Source: Paraspadella gotoi
Taxonomy: Eukaryota > Animalia > Chaetognatha
DNA length: 64,000 nt
Assembly: GCA_051294375.1 (NCBI GenBank)
Contig: CM119263.1
Coordinates: 3,924,161 to 3,988,160, forward strand
Reading direction: 5' to 3'
Shown here: piece after piece, positions 25,189 through 36,100 of the stretch
How positions within the stretch are numbered: the first letter of the stretch is position 1
Layout: every line of letters starts with the position of its first letter
Notes under the pieces: generated by a model
What the model was told of the DNA's origin: nothing
Seen by the model: only the letters and a program-made list of their open reading frames with translations
Database searches by the model: none
Program-made: the position numbers and the translations under genes

Positions 25189-25398
25189 GTCCACGATAGT
25201 TACCATTGGCTCAGAGGGGGAACATACAATCCCAGGCGTTGTGTTCCATCCACAGTCCTAACGACTTCCCTCTGCGTTGGCAAAGCGAGACCGTCATAGG
25301 GTGACTGGATGCGTCACTGAGGGTCGGAAGCCCCCACAGCCAACAGTGAGAAGCCCCATCCCAATTGGCATCACCGGCAACCCGGCTGCTGCCATGAT
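25189..25398 (+). mobile_element. tRNA-derived SINE-like element (variant 2) with deleted twister relic
   Basis: T-arm TGTG-TTCCATC-CACA (25240-25254); P5 GTTGGC(25276-81)/GCCAAC(25339-44); GA-CCG 25289-93; P3 GTGAC/GTCAC; GGGT-CGG-AAGC-CCC 25321-34; the UAA-P2-GC segment is absent; 3' part is homologous to variant 1 through GCCAT. Confidence 0.7.
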
Positions 25399-25961
25399 CT
25401 AAAATTACGAAAAGAAGCGGGTCGCCATCGGAAAATAGTTCCAATGAAAGTCGCTCTTCTCATCATCTCACTTCAAACATAAGCATTAAGCAAGTACGAC
25501 CCCTAAATCCTAAGAAGTTACCACGTCCCTACCAGCCTTCCAGCCTGTTTTCCAAATTTCTTTTCTCGACCGCAGTTTTTTCTGTCCCAATTAACTTAAT
25601 TTTCGCCGTTGAAAATGGAACTCGAGTTGAGACTTTTTTAAATTTTATTACACTTTTAAAAGAACTAAAGCGAAAAAATAGCAAAGCGAAAAGACGATAA
25701 AGTTGATGAAAATCTCAGACGAAGATTCAACAGTCAGAAAACTAATTCCTATGGCAACGGAGAGACGCGGAACACCCGGGGTGAGAGGAGTCTCCGGCAG
25801 GGAATTGGACGTGCAGTGAGGCCCAAATGTCCCTGGCCTGCTTATGCCAGTGTGGTCTTGAGGAGATGAAACTCACAGTTGGTAGGCAGAGTATTGAGCT
25901 GTCCAAACAAACAGTCTTGACATGCGAGACGGGAGACGAATTTAGAACTCGGATTCCTCTC

Positions 25962-25965
25962 TTAA
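25962..25965. other. Empty TTAA target site of the 5.2-kb transposon
   Basis: GGATTCCTCTC-TTAA-CTACAGGCCGTAGACTCGATCAATCC joins the left flank (31567-31582) directly to the right flank (36785-36815). Confidence 0.9.
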
Positions 25966-26033
25966 CTACAGGCCGTAGACTCGATCAATCCGCGCTGTTA
26001 AGTGCTGACTGTAAATTCTCAGTTTTGCTCGTG

Positions 26034-26073
<40 letters not shown>

Positions 26074-29000
26074 CCGCCTCTGCCGTTTCTCCTTTCTCTT
26101 TCCTTTTTTCCTTTCGTCCAGACCCTTCATCCCTTTTGCTCTTTTTTTTTTTTTTTTCCTCATTGCTCCTCGTCCTTTTCCCTTCTTTCTTTCATTCATT
26201 TTCTATTCTTCCCTTCTCCTCTCTCTTTCACTTTTTTCTTCCCTCTCTCTTCCCTTCCCCTCTTCCATCGTTCTCTTTTTCCTTTTTTCGTTCCTCCCTC
26301 TATCCCTCCCCGCTCTTCCTCCCTTTCCATTTCTTTTCTTTTCCTTCCTGCCGCTCTCCTTTCTCTCCCTCCTCCTCTTCTCTCCTTTCCCTTTCCCTTT
26401 TTTCTTTCCTCCAAGCGAAGGTTTTGTCATCCTGGCGGCAGGCTGAGTCGTCGCTCCTCAGAAATTTCTTCTCTCTCTTTCGTGGAGTTAACATTTACGA
26501 AGAAGTCAGTCGAGCGAGCCGAGAGGCCAGTATGATCCAATATGGCAGGGTTTTCAGAAATCTCTCTGCCACGTGATCCATGTCTTAATCCTTATTGTGC
26601 AATATATGGACTACAAGCTTTCTTAAGCACATCGAAGACATTGAGTGATTGAACATGGAGAAGGAGGGAGGAATGATACAAGAGATACACACAAAGTAAA
26701 GCAGTACTGATGATAGCGCCATGCCCTGAAAAACCAAAAGCCAAAATAGTATGTATGTAAAGCCGTTAAAATCTAAAACAAAAGCCGCGGAAAAACATCA
26801 AGATTAAACTAGAAAGAAAGAAATGATGACTGCGAGCGCGGAAAATAACGGTCATTCTGTCATTGAGTAGAAAGAGAAAATACGGGAAAGAGAGAACCGA
26901 CAAGAAAGGCGCTAGAGGAAGGGGGGCGTGGTTGGGGAGGCGATGGCTTCTGTTTAATTCTTAGCAATAGGAAGCATAAGTCAACGATTCAAGATTCGAC
27001 ACGATGACCATAAGATGAACGAGATGCACGATGATGATGACGACAATGATACACCTGAGGATGACAAGAACCAAATTACAAATACAATATTTATATTGAC
27101 AAAGAACAGAGTTTAAGGATTGGAGAACTGAGCAGAACTATTGTACTGTATAAACGGAGTTGCAAAGAGAGAGAGAGACGTGTAGGGAGAGTAGAGGAGG
27201 AGAGAGAGAAGAGAGAAGAGAGAGAGAGAGAGAGAGAGCGAGACAGAGATGAGAGAAGAGTTGAGAGAGGGAGACGAAGAGGACAGGAGGAGAGAGAGGG
27301 ATGAGAGAGAGAGGGCAGAAGAGCGTAGGGAATAGAAGCAGGAGAGGAGGAGAGGGATCAGAAAAATAATAAACACGGTTCAGAGTGCGAAGCAAAGAGA
27401 GTGATGAGGAAAGAAAAGAAAATGGAACATGGCGAAAAAAAAATTTAAAAAGAAGAAATAAGGTTTTAAGGGGCGAATATAAAGAAGAATGGAGAGAAAA
27501 AGAAGAACCACATGATTCGATAGATAAGGAAATTTCATGAGAAAAGGAAAAAAGATTAAAGGAGGTAGAAAGGTAGAAGTAGATAAAGATAGAAACGTCA
27601 AAGCAAAGGTGGTCGAGGAGGAGGAAAGAGGGGAGGCTGGTGTTGATATAAATGATAGATGAGTGTATAGGAAGCTATTGGAAAAATGTATCTGGATAGG
27701 CGTAGATATAAAGAGCGTCAGAGGCAGGGAATAGAAAGAGGAAAAGCAAGGAAGGATAAAGGCAAGGGGAGGAAAGAGGGCAAGAGGGTTACTGCGGCAT
27801 ATACCTGGGTAGGGAATATATGAGAGTGGAGAAGAAAAAGGAAGAGTAGAGTAAGGAGAGAGAGGAAATTAAAGAGGGAGAAAGTAGGAAAAAAAAGGAG
27901 AGTGAAGCGAAAACGGAGCAAAGTTTTGGGGCCGAAGGAAAACCCTGATGAGATTAATTTCTTTGCTTTTCGGGACCCGTTCTAATTCTCGCCCTTTCTC
28001 GTCTTCTGATCTCTCTCTCTCCTCCTCTCGTCTCTCGTCTCCTCAATCTCTCCTCTCTCTCGTTCCGAGGGTCTCTCTCTCTCTCTTCTCTCGCGTTCTC
28101 TTTCTCTTCTCTCTCTCGTCTCTCTCTTCGCGTGTCTGTCTCTCGCTCTCGCGTCCTCTCTCCTCTTTCGTCGGGTGCCTCTCTCTCTCGTCGTCTCTCT
28201 CCTCTCTCTTTCTCTCTCTCTTTTCTCTCTGGTTAGCCTAATTTGGTAATAAGCAATTTTAGACGAACTTAGTTCAATTACTACTGTTTGTAGTTTCCAA
28301 AACTAAAAGCTGTATTCATGAGAGTTTAAAAATGCATTCTCATTCTAGTTCAGGCCTCTTTTAGGCTGTTTACCATAAGAAGAAAATAGGGTGGCCTTTG
28401 AATGGGACAGGAGAAGCATTGTTCTATTTCGGTGATCGACAGATTAAGAGAGAGAGGAGGGAGGAGAGAGAGAGGAGAGAGAGAGAGAGAGAGAGAAGAG
28501 AGAGAAGAGAGAGAGAGAAATGAGAGGAGTGATGAGAGAGATGCGAGGAGGAAGTCGCGTCTGGAATTCCTTTCGGGTTTTTCTAGCCGCTCGCAAAGAT
28601 TCGGATCCTCTTCATATCTTTTCCCGCGAAAATTCGAATCTTTGTCTGAGCAACGCGGCGGCGGCGCCCCACGTTGACCGGTACGGCACGGCCATTGAGT
28701 CACTAGTGCAAGCTGCACAGAAACGATTAACAAGTTCGATATTGGATTTTTTTCGTGTGATGTCCTCGTTGCCTCCTCTCCAATTTCGTTTGACAAACTG
28801 AGATGTTCGAGATCGCTTGTTCAGTGATATTGCCAGTTTCTTCTGCCTCAATGATGCTAATTAATATAGTATAACAAGCAACGGACGAACACGGACGGTC
28901 ACCGGGATGGCGTAATCCGCCGTGACGAAAACAACAAAGATGGATAAAAAGAACTACAACGAACAACAACTCAGACCGCCTAATTCTTCTACTTCAAAGT

Positions 29001-30300
29001 TCGGAGTCCCGCGAAATTTCGAATATCTAAATTTCTCTTCAAAACGAATTCTATTTCTCATTCATTATTAACTGGAATAAAAGAGACAGTGTTAGAGAGA
29101 GAGAGAAGGAGAGTAGGGAGATGAGCAGGAGTAGGACGAGGAGAGAGAGAGAGAGAGAGAGAGGAGACGAGAGAGAGACGAAGAGAGAGAGGTTCACAGA
29201 GTAGTACGTTCAAGTCCTAGCGTGTCATTTCGACATTACTGAATTCACGAGTCTCATGCTCAGACTCGATTATCTTCTTAATGCCATTTGGTCATTTTTC
29301 TTTTCCCCTGTACTTCTCGGTTCCGGTACCAAGCCAGTCCTGCGATCCCGCCAGTCCCCACCCAAATTTCTCGACCGAATGATGCTGATCTACCTTCCCC
29401 TACTTCCTCACTTCTTTCACTCTCGCAATTCTGGCTCTAGTGCCACTGGCATTTTCTCTTCTCTCCTTCCACCCTTTCCCTTCTCCTTTTCATTTCTCCT
29501 TTTCTTCCTCTCCTCTCTTCTCCCCTTCTCTCACTTACCCTCCTTTCTCCTCCCCTCTCTCCCTTTCCTTCTTCTTCTCCTCCCCCTGTCTTCTCCTACC
29601 CTCTTTCTCCCTCTTCCTCCTTTCTCCCCTCTCTTCTCGCCTCTCGTCCTCCCTCCTTTCTCCTGCCCCTTCTCTCCTTTTTCCTCCTCCTTTCTCCCCC
29701 CTCTCTTCTCCCCCTCCTTTCTCCCTCCCTCTATCTAGTCTCCCCCTCTCTCCTCCCTCTTTTCTCCTCCCCTCTTCTCTCTGTTTCCTCCTCCTTTCTC
29801 CTCCCCCCTCTTTCTCCTCCCTCTTCTCCTCCCTCCTTCTTCTTCCTCCCTGCTCTTCTCCCCTCTCTTCTCTCTCCTCCTTTCTCCTTCCCGGCCTTCT
29901 CTTCCTTTCCTCCTCCCTTTCTCCTCCCCCTCTCTTTCCCCCTCCTTCTCCCCCTTCTCTCTCCCCCCTCCTCCCTCTTTTCTTCCTCCCCTTCTTCCTT
30001 TATCCTCCTCCTTGCTCCCCGCCCTCTCCTCCCTCCGCCCGGACCGCCTCGTCAACGGTCGGGATCGCGTGACGTGGTTTTCCCGACTCTCAACCAGGTG
30101 GGAGGCGAATGGGCTCCGGTCGCCGCATTTTGGATATCGAATCTTGATTATGCGGAGAGAAATAAAGGGAAAGAAAAAAAAGGATCATATGAATTTCAGT
30201 TTATTTCATCGAAGTCGTCGGATTAAAGTTGAACGGAGAGAAAACAATGTTTTTGGCAGCAAGACTTAAAGCTGCCTCACTGCTGTCCGTCCTCAGCCTC

Positions 30301-30521
30301 GTCTCAATGGCTGAGCAGGCTAATATCATTCATTCCATCCGTGGCTCCGGGTTCAATCCCTGGTATCCGGTTTTTGGCTTAAATGTGACGGTGCCGGTAA
30401 TAAACATGCCAGTGACAGGAGGTGGTCACTGAGGGTCCGCAGCCCCTACGCCAGTTGGGTGAGATACCCCGCGCCCCGGGTATCACAGGCTATCCCCCGT
30501 TGCCATAGTTTCTTTTTTTTT
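30301..30521 (+). mobile_element. Duplicate copy of twister-SINE variant 1 (twister 30375-30453)
   Basis: Near-identical to 24709-24930; all twister pairings retained, with one extra A before UAA. Confidence 0.75.
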
Positions 30522-30780
30522 AAACAATGGATTTTAATTGAGGTGGAGATGTTGTAGTGGAGGCATTGCATAAGTTTTACTCCGCCTATAAGCATGACAC
30601 CTTCAATCGTGAATCAGTGGCTCATGACTCATGACTTCAATTTAGAAATGAAAGAGTTTCTATGTTTACTTAAGGTTTGGTAATTAGGGTTAAAGAGTGG
30701 GGAAAATAATAAGGTTAAAGTTAAAGTTTATTGTCATGATAAAATTAAATCATGTGGTGGTATATTCACAACTGCCTCAC

Positions 30781-30991
30781 GCCCACGATAGTTACCATTG
30801 GCTCAGAGGGGGAACATACAATCCCAGGCGGTTGTGTTCCATCCACAGTCCTAACGACTTCCCTCTGCGTGGCAAAGCGAGACCGTCATAGGGTGGACTG
30901 GATGCGTCACTGAGGGTCGGAAGGCCCCCACAGCTCAACAGTGAGAAGCCCCATCCCAATTGGCATCACCGGCAACCCGGCTGCTGCCATG
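30781..30991 (+). mobile_element. Duplicate copy of twister-SINE variant 2
   Basis: Near-identical to 25189-25398, including the same deletion of the UAA strand. Confidence 0.65.
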
Positions 30992-32479
30992 ATCTCTAAA
31001 ATTACCGAAAAGAAGCGGTAGCCATCGGAAAATAGTTTCCAATGAAAGTCGCCTCTTCTCATCATCTCACTTCAAAACATAAGCATTAAGCAAGTACGAC
31101 CCCTAAATCCTAAGAAGTTACCACGTCCCTACCAGCCTTCCAGCCTGTTTTCCAAATTTCTTTTCTCGACCGCAGTTTTTTTCTGTCCCAATTAACTTAA
31201 ATTTTCGCCGTTGAAGAATGGAACTCGGAGTTGAGACTTTTTTTAAATTTTATTACACTTTTAAAGAACTTAAAGCGAAAAAATAGCAAAGCGAAAAGAC
31301 GAATAAAGTTGATTAGAATCTCAGACGAAGATTCAACAGTCAAGAAACTAATTCCTATGGCAACGCAGAGACCGCGAAACACCCCGGGGTGTGAAAGGAT
31401 GTCTCCGGCAGGGAATTGGACGTGCAGTGAGGCCCAAATGGTCCCTGGCCTGCTTATGCCAGATGTGTGGTCTTGAGGAGATGAAACTCACAGTGTAGGC
31501 CAAGTATGTGAGTCTGTCCAACACAACAGTCCTTGACATGCGAGACGGGAGACGAATTTAGAACTCGGATTCCTCTCCTTAACGGGAGTCTGTTCATGGA
31601 TCTGAAAAAAAAGTAAAAAGAAGAAGGAACGTCGTCCCGAGTGGTCAATTGTATCCTTTCTTCCCGTTGTAACAAAGATGCAGCCAATACACAAAAATTT
31701 TTGCTAGATAACCTTTGAGATATCAGCCTTCTAAAGGGTAGAAAAGTTTTCAAAAAGGTCTCTCTCTCAACCCAATAAAATAAGCCTTGTAAGACTTTGG
31801 TATTAGATAATTTTAATCTGATCTAGCAATTGGTAGTATCTTTTTTTTTCTATTCTCAAATCTTTATGAATAAAGTCAAATTAAAAATTAGAAAAAAATA
31901 ATTCAATCTGTATCAGGTTTATTTTTCCTATGAAAACAAAAACTGATTGCAAAATGGATACGCGCAAATGTAGCTAAGTATCATGAATTGACGGTTGAAT
32001 GCATTAACTGTGAGTTTTGTCTTACTTACCCTCAGGAGAGGACTTCTTCTGAATGCAAATTTTTTAAAAATTATTAAAAATTTGGCAATGAGCTTCATTG
32101 ACTAGGAATCACTCCAGAAACGATTTTTTAGAAAGCTGCCCATGGAAAAAGAGGGTGGAAAAAACGATAATTTGAACAATAGTAAAATTTTAGGAAAAAA
32201 ATCTGGGATCGCGCGAATTTTTATTTTTATTTTTTACGCTTTTTTTTTGGGGTTTTTTTACCTGTGTATTTTAAGTTTTTTTGAAATAAAATTTCGGGTT
32301 CTCTTTTAAAATTGGGCTTACCGTATTTGAAGTTTTTTGACCAAAATTGTTTTTCTATACTAAAATGGAGAGTTAGTATACATGTATATATAGATTAGGG
32401 ACAAATAAAAAATAAAAAATTAAATTGATTGAATGCAAATCAATATCAAAACAGAAGCAAAAATGTAAATAAATTAGTG

Positions 32480-33825
32480 CGTATCTTTTCATGAAGTGAG
32501 AATATCTGGTTCTGTGTCCATTTTTCTGAATTGCAATACGAAGATGTTCACTTGAATTACTGTTATTTTCGGATTCCTATTATTTTCATGCACTGGAGGT
32601 AGTCAGAAAGGACCACAACTCTGTTGTCTGAAACGCCACGAGAAAGAAAAGCAGAATAGAAGCAAAAGAAGATGGAAAAAATTCGAGACAATGACAGATG
32701 GTGTTAATCCAAAACTATTCATAATTTATTTTAGGTTAAAGTGCACAAAAAAAATTGTAAGTATGGCAATTTGTATTGCTGAAGGGAAGGGCTAGAATAA
32801 GTCTCATGAATTGATTTACTGAATGTTATTAGCATAGACCTAAAGTAAAAGAGCCGCATGTCTAAAAGTAGCGAATACCATAGGTTATGTTATAATTGAT
32901 CAACTTATAGCATTGGTTGGTTATAAGCAAGGAGAGAACGAATAGAGAGACAGACAGTCTCTAAAAAAGTCGGCAAAAGTTGGTGGAGATTGAGAGAAGA
33001 TGAAGAAATGGTAAGGGGTTTTCGTAGTTAATACGCCCTTTGGCACAAACATTTCAATTACTTATGTTGCATCATGTCTTAATATTTTGTTCGCTAAAAT
33101 GATACCAGACATAGTAATGGTTGTGTTATTCGGCTTTTATTACCCATTGGAGAAGTGATTTCTGAATGACAATAGATTACAATTAATCTTTGGCAGTGGT
33201 GGCAGAGGAAGGCGTTCTTGTCATATTTTGATCCCGGTAAGAGGCGCATGGGCAGTCCAGAACCTTTGATTAATGAAAAAGCAGGAGTGTTAAATCTTTT
33301 AACAGAGATTGTCCATAATACTTACAAATAGCTTATAGGTGTGGAAGATTGTTGTCTTGTATCCACAAAACTCTCCTTAGCAGTATGATCATCTACCTTA
33401 TTCTAAGCGATTCTATGTTGATGTTGCAATTTCATTAACTTGATTTTCTTAATTTGTTGTCAGAGTTAGAGGAATGCCCAGGTGTGGCGGTAGGATTTAT
33501 ATCACGGCTACTACTTCTAAGAAATCTGATACCATGTGGCAGCCAGAATTGCAGGCCAAATGACTTGGATGTGAGATATTTTTCCTCTGTTCATAAAAGT
33601 GAGACGGGGCATCTCAATTTATATTTAGTTTGAAAAGTTCTGAAGACTTGTACTGATTGGAAAACGTTTGCGCACTTGTCCTCATGGCCAAATCTGAGCC
33701 GAGAGAAGGATTGTATCAATAAAGAAGCTACTAGTATGCGTAGCAAAATATTAAAGATTAAGTAGAGATCAAAATTTGAAAAAAGTAAAAATGAACCGGA
33801 GGAACAGCTTGTAACATGTGAACAT
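32480..33825 (-). pseudogene. EnSpm/CMC-like transposase remnant (frameshifted, internally deleted)
   Basis: Manual translation: ATG at 33825 gives MFTCYK(frameshift)CSSGSF..FSNF..YL and later RFGHEDKCANVFQSVQVFR, resembling decayed C2H2 fingers. 33234-33130 reads GSKYDKNAFLCHHCQRLIVIYCHSEITSPMGNKSR, then (frameshift) TITMSGIILAN, in register with the animal EnSpm motif G..F..N..F...L.I.LY.DD.E..NPLG....HK......L.N as I recall it. Downstream catalytic motifs were not found; the 3' end is approximate. Confidence 0.6.
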
Positions 33826-34189
33826 TTTTTAATAAAATAAAAATAAATTGTTATTTTTAATTTTTGCATACGCGCCATATTTTACATACTACTCACACAT
33901 AAAAATTTAATTTTCTTATTTTTTAAAGTGATAAAGGAAATTTTAAACCATTTAAGAAATTATTTTATTAAGTGGGTCAAAATGTAAAAACTATTTATTA
34001 TTAACCTATAATTTTATTTCTTAAGTATGAATAAATATATTTTTTTATTTTTAGCTAACTTAGTGCAAGATTTTTGATTAAGACTTATCTTTTTCTTTTA
34101 TCAACTTTTTATGAAGAATTAGAATCTGCTTTTCAAACTAAAAAAAACTATTTTAAATTTTGATAAATTTTCTATGTACTTGAACTAAC

Positions 34190-36100
34190 TATTCGAATTT
34201 TGATTGAACTTGTCACTACGCTTCCTTACTGACCTAGGTATAGATAGGTTGTTGACCTTATAAATTGGTTCATCAATAAGCTGTCACATAATTTTTTGGA
34301 AGTGTGTCCACTCGGTGAAGAAATATTTTCATCTTTTTAAGAAAATGAATACACCAAGAACGTTTCTCAGCCCTAGAGGAATAGCCTAACAAGAATTTTA
34401 TCTATATATTTTTTTTTTTGAATCACCAATCATTTGATAGCGAATTTCTTTATTCTTAACAGTTAACTGCTCACCACTAAGTTATACAGATACAACACGT
34501 TTGAGTCATGTTTGTGGTTGAATTTATTAAATGATATAACGGCAATATATGAATTAATACATTTAATATTTACATTAGTATATATGTTATTGTGTATCAA
34601 TTCCAAATAATATGGTATGTATTTAAGATCAATGATAATTGTGATTATTCCTTATGATCATTTAAAATTGATAAGTCATGACCTATTCGAAGGAACATTC
34701 AATTTTCAAGGAAACAATAAAGCTATTGTTTCTTTTATTTGGTAACTACTACTTAAATACTAGAATAATAATGATGTAATGAGGGAAGAACTTTATATTT
34801 GGTAAAATGATTTTGATTCATTTCATTTTTCTCGTTGATTCCAAGCCACTTTTATTCAATTTTAATACACCATGAATTCTCTTTTGAGGCTTGGGTCGGG
34901 TGTAGACGCTGTATACAATTGCATTGAACTACTATTTCATTAACATAGTTTCATATAAATTTGGGGAAAAACATGAGTATTTTTCCCCAACAATTGAATT
35001 TTAATTCGCACGGTAAACACTGATGCACTAAAAACTAAGAAAGCCTTCTTGATATCCTGTTGTAACGTTTCACCAAATGTCAAAAAAATTTTCCGCCGCA
35101 CACAATGATCAAATCAAAACTGTAAAGTTATAAAATCATTTTTTTATATGATTAATTAATTCTTCATGTGAATTTTTGATGTTACCTGTCACTGAAAATT
35201 GCAACCGGGCCTCAATATAGGGGAATAGGGAATATTAAAGAATAGTTTAGTAAATTTTTATTACTATTCTCACAACATCATGATATCAATTATCATAATT
35301 TATTTTATAGACCATATTGAAATGGCATTTCATATGTTTAAAAACTGTTTATCCTTGCTGTATAGAAAATCCTGGGAGGTGAGGTAACTCCAGAGTTGGA
35401 ATCAAGCGAGACGGTGAATTACCATCTTTTAAAAAAGGTTGCGTAAAAACAATTATTCAAAATCAAAAACATAATTTGTTGATATTAGACAATAATGTGA
35501 ACCTTCAAAGCTTTTGGGAAATAGTTAGTCCTTGTTTATAATACTTTAACAAAAAATGGTCTGTAGATGGGACTCTTTGGTCTTTGATGATAATGGTCGA
35601 TCATCATTGCTTTAAATCTTGCCTCAGAGATATCAAGCCAATCATTGCTGGAGATGTTCATCTTTCGTTCATCACGTTTGATATCAGGATGTTCTTAATG
35701 TGTATCTCAAAGGATTTCTGTTTTGAAAAAACTCTTAACATGTTAAAACAAGTAAAAATTTAGTTATTGTGAATATTTCGGTGTTCCAGGTAATGTCCTA
35801 AACTAAGCTTGATTTCCAATTAAAAATGCTGTAAACTACTGCTACTACTATAACTACTACTAATAAAATTTTAAAAAGTTCCAAAACATTTAAATATTAA
35901 CTTACCAAGATTGTACTAACCGATGCCTACTCTTTCACAGAATTTCTTTCAGGATGGGACTGAATCTGTTCGATTCTCTGATAAAGGTATAACATTATAG
36001 AGCATTTTTCAAATTTGTCCTTACTTGATGGAAGGTTCTATCATGAAACGTTGTCCATTTGAAATATCTTTGTCCGAATAAATAAACTTTTCTTCCAAAA
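34190..36100 (-). pseudogene. Spliced accessory gene of the transposon (EnSpm ORF2 / SAMD3-C-terminal-like), frameshifted
   Basis: Canonical minus-strand introns 35905-35718 (G|GTAAGT...AAACAG) and 35185-35120 (CAG|GTAAC...TTTACAG). An exon encodes DIKKAFLVFSASVFTVRIKIQLLGKNTHVFPQ, in register with the AF..LFA.YY.FNL.YP...KNT..F.Q motif I recall from animal EnSpm accessory proteins. Boundaries are approximate. Confidence 0.5.

Larger units (their letters stand above)
15330..31582 (+). repeat. Tandemly triplicated/duplicated block (copies start ~15330, ~18270, ~26070); probable haplotype/read redundancy
   Basis: Anchors recur: CCAAGCGAAGGTTTTGTC-like at 15733/18593/26411; AACGCGGCGGCGGCGCCCCACG at 17519/21024/28652; AAGACTTAAAGCTGCCTCAC at 23707/24669/30261. 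Differences are mostly 1-2 nt indels. Confidence 0.92.

Noticed and set aside
26700-26745. Hammerhead ribozyme at CTGATGA...GAAA
   Set aside because: A stem II candidate exists, but it lacks the G-C closing pair and no stem I/III or NUH site can be formed.
29320-29345. Twister P4-like CCGGTACCAAGCC (also ~21701)
   Set aside because: P4 does not pair beyond one base pair and no GA-T1' or UAA-P2-GC partners are nearby.
14529-30072. Long Leu/Ser/Phe/Pro or Glu/Arg/Lys ORFs (e.g. 15042-15767, 17900-18739, 22144-23112, 29440-30072)
   Set aside because: Translations of polypyrimidine/polypurine low-complexity tracts that cannot contain stop codons; frames are not conserved among the duplicate copies.
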